From IMG/VR virus record IMGVR_UViG_3300020473_000010, positions 186,001 to 250,000 of that record: a stretch of 64,000 nt of DNA. The stretch is one strand, 5' to 3'. Shown here piece by piece: positions 27,335 to 37,082 of the stretch. The notes below the pieces were generated by a model. The model was not told the origin of the DNA. It saw nothing but the letters and a program-made list of their open reading frames with translations, and searched no databases. The number at the start of each line of letters is the position of its first letter. The stretch's first letter is position 1. A program made the position numbers and the translations under genes.

Positions 27335-30300
27335 TTAGCTATAAGCCACTGTTATCCCTGAAATATAGCCTGTCCAGTTTTCGTGTGCTATGATACTAAT
27401 TATGAAGTACTCGGGAGATGAAGCGGTTCCATTAACAGTTTGTCCATTAAAAGTACAAATATTTGAAGCGCCGGAAGGATCGATAGCAGCATCTAAAGAC
27501 CCATATAAACCGCCGTCGCCGTCGGTGATATTTCCATCGCCCTCAGAATCTTTTGCTACATCCATCCAACCGGTTTTTCCAGGGATTTTTGCCAATAAAT
27601 GAATATTTTTATTTGCACCTATAGTACCAGCATAGGAGCCTGTTTGACCAACCAGTGTTGCATCTCCAGCAATTGTTATTGTTACACGCGGGGTATCTGT
27701 TGTAGTGTTATTTTTAAACCTTCTTATATAGTGTCTTGTTGATCGGCCACCTAGATTGGTATAATTCACATTGCTTAAAGGAGATGTCATATTGGTTGCT
27801 CCTGAATTTTCAGATGTATCTCTAAAATCTCCATTAAAAGGCCCTTTTTTAGGAGAGATTAATTTTCCATTATAAATTAACAAACCTGTTGAATATGGAG
27901 CGTAGGATGTTGAATTCATTGTTATTTGAGAGTTCCATCCGTTTCCGGAAATAACAGAAGCTTGATTACCGTAGCTACCCGATTGCAATCTCTGGGTTTC
28001 TTGTACAAAATTTTCTGTTGTATTAATATTAGAAGAATCACTTCCGGAATATACTAAGAAACTATTTTTCGTTTGAGAGGAAAGAGTTCCATTTGATTTT
28101 AGTGGATGTTTTATAGTGGCTGATACTGCAGCATTATGGGCTGTTCCTCCTGCGATGGTTGAATTTGGGAGAGAGCTGGGTTTATTAAATGTTAAAGAAG
28201 CAATTACATTTAAAGTTTGGTTCTGAGGATTTGCAACAGTAGTATCTAAAAGAGGTAATGACATAGATGATGCGTTATTAAAACTATTTACTACACCTGA
28301 TCCTTGAGCATCAACCCGAGTGATATTAAAGTTTGAATCATTTGTAATTGAAATAGCGTTGGTTTTTGAAGAGCAAACATTTTCATAGCAGTTATCAACT
28401 GCAAACGCTAAAGTTCCTGTAGGGTTTGCAGAGAAATATTTTACTCCACTTTGGTAATAAGTTTCTGCAGATGAAAATGTAGAGAAAGTTGGAGATGAGG
28501 TTGATATATCGTTTGTCTGTCCTAAAGTATCATTAATCCATTCTATATAATTTGTTTCTCTATCTGCTTGCCCAGAGATGGAATGGACAACCCGAGCATA
28601 ATTCCATCCATTACGCTGATCGTCGGGGTGGATCTTATAAGAAGCGGTTCTGTACCAATATCTAAAATCTGGCAGATTATCACCATCTTTTCCGTTTAAC
28701 GCTCTTGTGATATTATGAAATCCTGTTCGGTTATTTGAACAAAGACTTTCAGTTTTGGAAATACCTAAAATTACTAAATCATCTAAATCTGCTGTTGCAA
28801 GGAGAGATCCATTAACATATAATTTTAAAACGCCTTCATTGCCTTGTCGAAAGGCTAATGCTGGGAAATTATTTCCTGATCCACTTTCGTGAGAATTTAC
28901 CTCACCATCGATTGTTACATTTCCTTTAAATATTGCCATTCTAAGATTGTTGGCGGAAGTGGCTGTTCCAAAAGTTCCGTTGATATCAACTACCGGAGAG
29001 AAACCGGCTGTGGTATCATGTTTTTCATAACCGGTAATTGTTTTAGACGCCCCAAAGGAAAGTCTTCCTTCTTTACCGTTAGTATCGTTGCAGTCAATTC
29101 TTTCAACTTTTGGAGCATGTGAAACCGCGGTTACTCCAACAGCCGGGAATGTAACCGTCATATCCTCGAGAAACCCAGTCCAACCAGCAGGTGCTTCAAC
29201 TGCAATCACTACTGAGTCGTTATGCGCGACTGTGGTTGTTCCAAAACTGAAATGATTAGTAGCACTAAAGTTTGAAGAGAGTGAGCCTATATAGCCACCA
29301 GAGCCATAAGAAGACGAATTATAAATAAATGGCTTTGCTAAATCCATCCAGTCCGTTGAACCTGGAATTCTAGCAGCAATTTTAATATTAGTATTTCCCA
29401 TGGCTGAATCTAAATTAACAAGGGATGTTCCGTTTGCAGTAATTGCTAAATGAAAATCTCGAACCGGGTTTGAGGATTCGTTTTTAAATGCCCGGAAAAA
29501 AGTTTTAGTACCAGAATTTAAAGAGCTATAATTTGGATTTCCAGAATAGGCATTTGCTAAAGAACCGCCGTCCGTAGTGTTTCGAAAATCTCCAGAATTT
29601 AAAGTATTAATTGCTGAAAATAATTTATCGTTATAAAATATTAGGCCGTCTGCTTGGTTTGCAGATCCGGATAAGTGTAAATTGTTATTCCAACCATTTG
29701 ATGCTATATCTCCTTGGGCTCCGTATGAAGCGCTAACTAGTCTTTTATTTTCCATCCTAAAAGATTCATACTGATCTGTAGAATTATTTGTTACATTATA
29801 GATTAAAAATCCAGTTGCTGAGGTAGAGCCGCCATTTGACAAGTTTTTTGACTCAAATGGGTGTGTAACATTGACAGCTGCGCTACACGTTCCTCCAAAC
29901 TGGCCAGATAAATTAATATCCATAGCCCGGTTAATATTGATTATTTTTGTGTGGGTTTCGCCAGAAGATAGTGAAGGTTTGGGAGATATTGAAGATATAG
30001 AACAATTTGTAGTTGTGAATGTTATATCATCATTATTATAAATGTATTTATAAGCATTTTCAACATTGACTTTATAATTTGCAGTAGCATCAGTTGCATA
30101 TCTTATACCAGAAATTGCTACATTGCCGGTTAAAGTTATATCTGTTATTTGGTTTGATGTTGCTGCAATCGCCTCTGCGTTCGAATCATTAACCCATTCT
30201 ATATAATTTGTTTCAATATCGGGCTGACCCGATATTGAATGAACGACCCGAGCATAATTCCAGCCATTACGTTGATCAGATGTCCCGATTTGGTATTTTC

Positions 30301-30805
30301 CAGTTCTGTGTTGGAATGGTGCAAAAGCTGAGCCATCAGGCTGAGTTCCATCGGCTTTTTGAGATAAAATAAAACCTGAATTATTAGAATTAAAATGATC
30401 CTTTCCAGTTGATCCGGGAGCATTCTGGCCTGTTGAGGCTTGGGTGAGGTCGACAGAATGTTTTAGAGCTCCGTTAACGTAAAGTTTTAAAGTTCCTTGT
30501 TCAGCGCTTCCAAAAGAATTTGCAACATAATTTGTGACCCCTGTATTATGTTGGTTTTTAATAACATCTTCATTTAAATCACCAGAGATAACTTGGGTAC
30601 CGTTATATATACCTTTTCTAATATTGTTGCCCGAGGTTGTAGGGGCATAAGAGCTATTAACATTAGCCGCAGGGGAGAAGCCGGCTGTTGTTGAATGAGA
30701 TATATAGGGATTGCCACTAGATGATTGATCATTTCCGGCACCGAAAGATAATAGTCCCGTAATTCCAGGGCTTGTATCACAGTCGATGTTATCTAATGGC
30801 GGAGC
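27335..30805 (-). repeat. Intragenic tandem duplication of a ~560-aa unit (copy 1 ~29147-30805, copy 2 27335-~29116)
   Basis: APPLDNIDC vs APKVERIDC starts are 1689 nt apart. Shared TTAGFSP, LKLYVNG, QRNGWNYARVVHSISGQ, IPG.T.WMD and WTG. Near-identical DNA at ~28590-28620 and ~30247-30277. Confidence 0.85.
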
Positions 30806-32950
30806 AGTACCTGGAGCAAATTGTAAAAGGACTTCATTAATTGCATCTAGGGCGTTGCTAATCGAAGTTCCGGAAGTCCACCCAGAAAATAAACCATCTG
30901 CCCAAGAACTGTCAGAAGGGGTACCAATATTGGCATTAACATTACCTGATATTGTTATAGAATCACTGGATGCATTAGTTGTAATAGAAATATTATCGCC
31001 AGCAACAAAATTTAAAGTATCTGAAGTTGAATCAGCAACTACATCTGCCTGACCGGAGACAGAGACTGTTTTAAATGCTTCCCCAGAAGTACTAGCTGCC
31101 AAAGTAATAGAACCATCGGCATTGTTGGTTACAGTCATATTACTTCCAGCTTGGAGGAAGTTGGTTGAACCGTCCGATAATTTCTGAATTGAACCTTTAA
31201 TTCCGGAAGCGCCTGGTACAGTAATGTTTCCTGTGAATGTAGCGCCAGAGAGATGAGGAATAATTGAATCATCTACAGTTAATTCGGTACTATCAATTTT
31301 TAAGCCCCCAGAGGCTTTAAGATCCAGACTAAATGTAGACCCTGTTAAATCGAGGCCGTCTCCAGGGGAATATGTTCCTTCTGTATTAACTAACGCTTTT
31401 AGTTGGGTTAGTGTTATTTTCTTGGTTAAATTACTATCGCTAGCATCTGAGATTGCTATAGAATCTGCTAAGTGTCCAGAGTTCGAATCAACTGGAAGGC
31501 TATCAACATTGATTCTAAGGTTGTTGTTGAAAGATTCAATCCCAGTACCGGCTATGTCTTCAGGGTTTATATCCAAAGTTACAGAAGATGTTGCTGACCC
31601 TAATGAAAAAGTACCTCCTCCAGACAATCCATCGCCTGCTGTAATTGTCACCTGGTTCGAACCTTGAGCAGCTTGACCTGTAGAAGAACCATAATCTATT
31701 TTTAATTTACCTGAATCTATAGTTAAACCTGAATTTGATTTCAAATCTAAAGAAAGAGTTGCAGAAGAAAGGGATATCCCGTCTCCTCCTGTTAAAACTG
31801 ATTCATTTGTTAGTTGGCTATTTGATGCCAAAACCAAATATTGAGCATTGGCTGGAGCAGATCCGACAGAAAGATCAGTAATTGATGCTTTTTTAAGACC
31901 GGTTGCTGAAGCATCATAAACCATCACATAATCATTATTCGCATCAAGGGTTGTAGTAGAAAGACTGTTGATATCAACATTCAAAACACCAGATGTTGAA
32001 GATATCCCTGTTGATGACGGTGTTCCCCTGATGGCATCGACAACATTAGATAATCCAATTTTTTTAGCTAATGATGATCCGTCGGATGCATCATCAATGA
32101 TGATAGTATCATCTGCTGGATTAATTGCCGCGGCGGTACCTAAATCAGAGGGTTTTAGGTATAAATGACCGTTATAGGATTGAATACCATAATTTGATGA
32201 ATTAGAAAGAGAAGTTTGCCATGCACTTAAATTATTTAAGGTTATTTTTTTTACTGTGTTACTATCGGATATATCTGCGATTGCTAAAATATCAGACTTA
32301 TCCAGAGAAGATAAATCACTACTTATACTCGCTATGTCAATCCCACCAGCTCCTCTAACATCTGATACAGTTACTTTTTTAAGTGCTGAAGCAGAAGTAT
32401 CATAAATCAGTATTTCATCATTTGTTGCTATTCCAGCTGATGTTGACGTACCAGTGATGTCAATCTCTAATTCTCCAGTAGAAGATTTTAAACCTCCTCC
32501 AGATTTTAAATCTAAACTTATTGTTTGAGCAGCAGAGCCATCAAAGGTGGTACCGCTTGTAAAATCAATCCCGTTTCCTGCTGTAAGGGCGCTGTTTGAA
32601 AATCCAGTAGCAGAGATTTTAATAGACCCATCATCATTATATGTTAACCCAATATTGCTTCCAGCTCGCAGATAATCTGTTCCATCGGTTAATTTTGTTA
32701 AAGATCCAGTAAATCCAGACAAAGCATAAACTATTGACCCTGTAATATCACCGGTTACTAGTAAATCAGATAAAAAATCTTTATCATCTAATCCTATTTG
32801 TACCCTATTGGGAAGAGTTACCGAAAGTATGTTTGCGTTCTTTTTGCTGCGCATTACAACCATATCGGTTTTTTTTAGATCTTCGCGGGGGACTAATTTA
32901 GACCGGATCTGAGGATGCACTCTTTGTTTTAAAGTCTTAAATCCTGACAT
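27335..32950 (-). CDS. Long tail-fibre-like protein (1871 aa) with fibre repeats and a ~560-aa tandem duplication
   Basis: Ser/Thr/Gly-rich. Repeated xGDGL...LSLDLKxxGGLxI and GSxxKLxDG motifs; two copies of DQRNGWNYARVVHSISGQxDxETNYIEWxND. Confidence 0.65.
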   Translation of the reverse strand: MSGFKTLKQRVHPQIRSKLVPREDLKKTDMVVMRSKKNANILSVTLPNRVQIGLDDKDFLSDLLVTGDITGSIVYALSGFTGSLTKLTDGTDYLRAGSNIGLTYNDDGSIKISATGFSNSALTAGNGIDFTSGTTFDGSAAQTISLDLKSGGGLKSSTGELEIDITGTSTSAGIATNDEILIYDTSASALKKVTVSDVRGAGGIDIASISSDLSSLDKSDILAIADISDSNTVKKITLNNLSAWQTSLSNSSNYGIQSYNGHLYLKPSDLGTAAAINPADDTIIIDDASDGSSLAKKIGLSNVVDAIRGTPSSTGISSTSGVLNVDINSLSTTTLDANNDYVMVYDASATGLKKASITDLSVGSAPANAQYLVLASNSQLTNESVLTGGDGISLSSATLSLDLKSNSGLTIDSGKLKIDYGSSTGQAAQGSNQVTITAGDGLSGGGTFSLGSATSSVTLDINPEDIAGTGIESFNNNLRINVDSLPVDSNSGHLADSIAISDASDSNLTKKITLTQLKALVNTEGTYSPGDGLDLTGSTFSLDLKASGGLKIDSTELTVDDSIIPHLSGATFTGNITVPGASGIKGSIQKLSDGSTNFLQAGSNMTVTNNADGSITLAASTSGEAFKTVSVSGQADVVADSTSDTLNFVAGDNISITTNASSDSITISGNVNANIGTPSDSSWADGLFSGWTSGTSISNALDAINEVLLQFAPGTAPPLDNIDCDTSPGITGLLSFGAGNDQSSSGNPYISHSTTAGFSPAANVNSSYAPTTSGNNIRKGIYNGTQVISGDLNEDVIKNQHNTGVTNYVANSFGSAEQGTLKLYVNGALKHSVDLTQASTGQNAPGSTGKDHFNSNNSGFILSQKADGTQPDGSAFAPFQHRTGKYQIGTSDQRNGWNYARVVHSISGQPDIETNYIEWVNDSNAEAIAATSNQITDITLTGNVAISGIRYATDATANYKVNVENAYKYIYNNDDITFTTTNCSISSISPKPSLSSGETHTKIININRAMDINLSGQFGGTCSAAVNVTHPFESKNLSNGGSTSATGFLIYNVTNNSTDQYESFRMENKRLVSASYGAQGDIASNGWNNNLHLSGSANQADGLIFYNDKLFSAINTLNSGDFRNTTDGGSLANAYSGNPNYSSLNSGTKTFFRAFKNESSNPVRDFHLAITANGTSLVNLDSAMGNTNIKIAARIPGSTDWMDLAKPFIYNSSSYGSGGYIGSLSSNFSATNHFSFGTTTVAHNDSVVIAVEAPAGWTGFLEDMTVTFPAVGVTAVSHAPKVERIDCNDTNGKEGRLSFGASKTITGYEKHDTTAGFSPVVDINGTFGTATSANNLRMAIFKGNVTIDGEVNSHESGSGNNFPALAFRQGNEGVLKLYVNGSLLATADLDDLVILGISKTESLCSNNRTGFHNITRALNGKDGDNLPDFRYWYRTASYKIHPDDQRNGWNYARVVHSISGQADRETNYIEWINDTLGQTNDISTSSPTFSTFSSAETYYQSGVKYFSANPTGTLAFAVDNCYENVCSSKTNAISITNDSNFNITRVDAQGSGVVNSFNNASSMSLPLLDTTVANPQNQTLNVIASLTFNKPSSLPNSTIAGGTAHNAAVSATIKHPLKSNGTLSSQTKNSFLVYSGSDSSNINTTENFVQETQRLQSGSYGNQASVISGNGWNSQITMNSTSYAPYSTGLLIYNGKLISPKKGPFNGDFRDTSENSGATNMTSPLSNVNYTNLGGRSTRHYIRRFKNNTTTDTPRVTITIAGDATLVGQTGSYAGTIGANKNIHLLAKIPGKTGWMDVAKDSEGDGNITDGDGGLYGSLDAAIDPSGASNICTFNGQTVNGTASSPEYFIISIIAHENWTGYISGITVAYS

Positions 32951-32967
32951 ATCTTATCCCTCCATGG

Positions 32968-35900
32968 CTAATCTTTGAGTTGTCCCATTCCCCATCCGCT
33001 CCCGCCTGGTCCGTTGTTGTTTCCGGGCCCAGTTGAAATCGTAATTGATGTATCTTCTGCAATATTAATAGTTCCGTGACCATCATCTTCTTCTTCTGGG
33101 TTATTGGTTATTAAAGTGTTTTGATGGTTCTCTTCTTCTATATATGGGATATCTGACTGGTTTTCGCCAGATGTATTAAAACGCATTGAGTCATCTCCAG
33201 TAATTTGTGTATCAATTTCAACATTGCTCCAAAACGATGCCTGAACTGGACTATCAACTTCTACTAACTCATCATTTTCATCTATATAAACTAATTTTGT
33301 GTCTTTTCTTTGCTCGAGCCGATCACACCAAAAACCAAAATGGTTTCTTCTATATACGGCGGATAACCTTAGCGGTTGAACACTACTAAATCCATATTTA
33401 GCCCCCCTGATATGATCGATATAGAAGTGGGTGTTTGTTGCATCATAACCAAATGTCCACCAATAATATGTGACTTTAACTTCCCAAGGGTGTCTTGGCA
33501 GGAGCAAAGATCTATGAACTTTCCTGATCCCTGTTCCAAAACCAAAGAGAATTTTAGTAGTATTAATATAGGCTGTATAACTGTCAATTTCGTTTAGTTG
33601 GGTATCCGAATGCTCACGAGTGAATGGAGCAGCGTATTTGAGGTCATTAACGCCAAGCGCTGGACTGGTATTGGCAGGAGGAGATGCGTCGTACCTTACT
33701 TGGTCATAATATCCATCTAGATAGAAGCCCTCTGTACCTCCGGGGTTGGATGGGACAGTTCTATATAGAACATAATCAACACCCGGCCGTGAATCTACTG
33801 AACCAAGAGTTTTTGGTGCCTCTAGATCTCGATACCGCTTAGAGTATGGCCATGTAAAAGGCCATATTTTATTGTGTTTATAATCGCCAGACTCCCAATC
33901 ACCAATAGTATAATAATCAACCGCTGCTAAGTCATTAATACTGGCGCCATCAGCCGGCCAGACTTTGAATAAATCATAATATATTGAATCTTCGTGGAAA
34001 TATTTGTTATCAGATAATTTTAAATTTCTTTTAAGAGCACCATATTTTCCAGAGCCATCAGAAGAAGCCTTTCCAACAGTTTTTCGGTTAAAATTAATTC
34101 CCTCACTGTTATATAAAGTTCCAGTCTGGTTATCAGAGAAAAAATCTGGTTGATGAGAGCCAGACATTAACTTATCATGGAAAGATCCACTAAAAGCCGT
34201 TCTATATTGAATATCCCATTGATCGTGCCAAAGATCTTTAAACGTGGTATTAATATTTTTAGTAAATTGAGGAGTTTGATTTAAATTATTAGGTTTTGGT
34301 TGAGCAGCCTTCATATAAGAGCCAAACATTCTAAATCTTACTTTACTTCCTAGTGGAAGTTCCACTCCGGAGGAAGACATGCTATATGGCATGCCAGAGG
34401 AAGGAGAAAGATGTAACGCAAATATTAATTTATCAGTTGGCAAAATTACCATCGGCATATTCTCTCTCTGGGGAGATTTTGAGAAAGATAAATTTTGAGG
34501 TGCTTGGCTGAATATTGGATTAGGATAAGAAATTGTTTTTTTACCTAAGTCTGTAGCAATAGGAGTACCCCAGGTAGCATTAGCTGGGTCATCCCGGCCT
34601 GAGACTGCACCAAAATCCCAGCTTAGACTTGTCTGCTTACGGCCGCCTGAGGTACCAACATAATCCATCCCAACATTTTTTAATTTATCATATTTACACG
34701 GCTCGAACCTAATACTAAAACTTTGATTTGAACAAACTATTGGGAAAGAAGTGTTATCAGGTTGAGCCTTAAACGAATTTGAATAATTGGCTTTTGTTAT
34801 CTTTGGGAGAATGGTATTTTCCCACACATTTCTTTGGTTAGTTTGCGCAGTTGTCGGAGGACTTGAAATAGTTGTCCATACTATTGCTTTTCCAATGGCT
34901 AAGATATCTCTATTTTTTGCCGGATCCGTAGTGGATGTTGTTGTTGTTGTAGAAACTTTAAGATTTGCGGCGGCAGCAGAAACTGATCCGTCCATATCAT
35001 AAAGGGGGATTTCAGAGGTAAACCCTAATGACTCTGGGTATTCTTTCATTAAAATTGCGGAGATATCCCATGTCATTATATCGGTGGAGAGTTGGTAGGA
35101 AGGGCTAGAATGAGATTGATCCCATGATTTGATAAAATTGTCGTGCCCATAAAGGTTTACACCTTCGAATTCTACAATTAGTTTTTCCAACAAAAAAGGC
35201 TCATGAATTAAATCAGATGCACTTATTGATTGTCCAGATGTTGAATTATATTTTTTATCCGAAGGAAAACCAAAAGAAGATACAATACCGCCTGGTGAAT
35301 TATAGAATTCGTCACCAAATGCTTGTTGGGCTGTTCCGTCCGGAGATATCATTACTGTAGTTCCGTTAGAGCCTGGACCAATTGAATGAAGAGTATCTAG
35401 ATAAGACTTGGCCGCGGCTGTATTTTGACCTGGCCAGGAATAATTTGTTTTATTGTTAAATTGGTTTCCAGTAAAACTATAATAAGCCATAAAACTCATA
35501 TTTTGGTTGGTATAATTAGATGTCCTATCATTAAACCCAAGAAGAGTCGCTTTTGAATTATTTAATTCTAAATATATTTGCTGTTTATCATCTAAAGACT
35601 GACTAGCAAATGGGAGAGCCGTTGAGATATAACTTGTTCCGGAAACGTAGAAAATGCTATCATTTTCTAGTACTCTGTTATCGTTAAATGGAGGGAGAGT
35701 TGGACGATCGACTCTATCATAAAATTCATCATATATAGAATATTCTTCTGGCAAATGTATTGATCCAGTTTGGTGGCTTCCGGACATTTTGTATGTGTTG
35801 ACAGTAATACTTCCGTCAGGATTGGTAAACTCTTTTACAACATCAAACGGTGCCTGATATTGAGGATGGGTAGGGTTTTTTCCTATAGGATCTTCTATAG

Positions 35901-37080
35901 GAACATCTAGATTTCCGTCTAGATAGAAATCATACAAGAAATTTGATAATAATGGGTCTTCTGAATTCAGTTTTGAAGGATAATTAACAGTTCCTTTAGT
36001 TGAATCGACATGCATTCGAGAGTCGTCCCAGAAAATTTTATGGTCGCCTTTTCTAGTGTGGTCGATTCCTCTGTGAAGTGTTGGAAAAAATCCTCTATCA
36101 TCCATTTCCCTATATTTAGCTCGAGCAGGAATATTTAAATATCCAGATTTTATTCCATGTGCTCCTCTTATTGACGCCTTATAAAGAAAAGCAATTTGTT
36201 CATCAGATAAATTTACAATCTGGGACCCTGCGAAAATAGCTAATTCAGAAAACTCCCCGTGGAAGAAAGCAGGTTCTCTTGCTCCGGAACTTATGTTTGC
36301 CTCACCATAGCCGTTGGCAAAAATAATGGCTGAATTTTCATTAGGGTTTCCAGTTCTTGTTCTGTAAGATGCAGGACTATATTCTGAAATAGCCTCTGTT
36401 TGCTGTGGTATACCATTTACAAATATTTTTGGATTGGCTGCAGAAAACTGGGCTGAAGTAAAGGTGTGGTTTGTAGAATCTAAAACAGAAGCTTGTACGG
36501 GGAGGTGGAAAATTATATGCTGCCATCCAAGAGAAAGCTTGTTTGCTAATGTAAAATTAAAAAACGAGGTAGTTCTTCCTAAGTATCGAAAACCTATTTG
36601 ACCGGCGGAATCTCCACCTCCGTTTCCAAATATCTCCCAATAAGGTTCTTTGAATCCAGATGTTGGATCATATGCCATGCATGTCATATAACTATTTCCA
36701 GCATTCGAAGCTGCGGGGTGGGACCCAGATTTAATATTTACCCAAAATGAGATTAATAAGCCGTTTCCTGGGGTTAAATCATGTTCGAGGAAACCTTTGC
36801 ACAAATTCGTACTCATGTCTATTGTAGTGGTTGGATAACTCCAGCCCTTGAGGGGAAATTTATCTGAAATTGGAGTATCTACAGTTATAGAATCACGAGC
36901 GGATGATATTAGCGTTCCTTGCTGGATTATGTTGGCAATATGAAAAAGATCATCCTCTTTTTTTGATGCTCGTAACCACAATTTTAAAGAATTTCTATAA
37001 TCATAAATCCCGGAAGAACGATAATATCGCTGATCCTTAAGAAGATTATATCTTTCTCTCTTTTTTGAATAAGTTGGCAT
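32968..37080 (-). CDS. Large virion protein with an N-terminal LamG-like domain (1370 aa)
   Basis: ISFWVN/WQHIIF/KIFVNG/GEFSELAIF form a LamG-like pattern; lies next to the baseplate genes. Confidence 0.55.
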   Translation of the reverse strand: MPTYSKKRERYNLLKDQRYYRSSGIYDYRNSLKLWLRASKKEDDLFHIANIIQQGTLISSARDSITVDTPISDKFPLKGWSYPTTTIDMSTNLCKGFLEHDLTPGNGLLISFWVNIKSGSHPAASNAGNSYMTCMAYDPTSGFKEPYWEIFGNGGGDSAGQIGFRYLGRTTSFFNFTLANKLSLGWQHIIFHLPVQASVLDSTNHTFTSAQFSAANPKIFVNGIPQQTEAISEYSPASYRTRTGNPNENSAIIFANGYGEANISSGAREPAFFHGEFSELAIFAGSQIVNLSDEQIAFLYKASIRGAHGIKSGYLNIPARAKYREMDDRGFFPTLHRGIDHTRKGDHKIFWDDSRMHVDSTKGTVNYPSKLNSEDPLLSNFLYDFYLDGNLDVPIEDPIGKNPTHPQYQAPFDVVKEFTNPDGSITVNTYKMSGSHQTGSIHLPEEYSIYDEFYDRVDRPTLPPFNDNRVLENDSIFYVSGTSYISTALPFASQSLDDKQQIYLELNNSKATLLGFNDRTSNYTNQNMSFMAYYSFTGNQFNNKTNYSWPGQNTAAAKSYLDTLHSIGPGSNGTTVMISPDGTAQQAFGDEFYNSPGGIVSSFGFPSDKKYNSTSGQSISASDLIHEPFLLEKLIVEFEGVNLYGHDNFIKSWDQSHSSPSYQLSTDIMTWDISAILMKEYPESLGFTSEIPLYDMDGSVSAAAANLKVSTTTTTSTTDPAKNRDILAIGKAIVWTTISSPPTTAQTNQRNVWENTILPKITKANYSNSFKAQPDNTSFPIVCSNQSFSIRFEPCKYDKLKNVGMDYVGTSGGRKQTSLSWDFGAVSGRDDPANATWGTPIATDLGKKTISYPNPIFSQAPQNLSFSKSPQRENMPMVILPTDKLIFALHLSPSSGMPYSMSSSGVELPLGSKVRFRMFGSYMKAAQPKPNNLNQTPQFTKNINTTFKDLWHDQWDIQYRTAFSGSFHDKLMSGSHQPDFFSDNQTGTLYNSEGINFNRKTVGKASSDGSGKYGALKRNLKLSDNKYFHEDSIYYDLFKVWPADGASINDLAAVDYYTIGDWESGDYKHNKIWPFTWPYSKRYRDLEAPKTLGSVDSRPGVDYVLYRTVPSNPGGTEGFYLDGYYDQVRYDASPPANTSPALGVNDLKYAAPFTREHSDTQLNEIDSYTAYINTTKILFGFGTGIRKVHRSLLLPRHPWEVKVTYYWWTFGYDATNTHFYIDHIRGAKYGFSSVQPLRLSAVYRRNHFGFWCDRLEQRKDTKLVYIDENDELVEVDSPVQASFWSNVEIDTQITGDDSMRFNTSGENQSDIPYIEEENHQNTLITNNPEEEDDGHGTINIAEDTSITISTGPGNNNGPGGSGWGMGQLKD

Positions 37081-37082
37081 TT

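Noticed and set aside
21060-32950. Diversity-generating retroelement acting on the fibre genes
   Set aside because: No reverse transcriptase, and no near-identical template/variable repeat pair differing at adenines, was seen. Repeats are diverged at the protein level.
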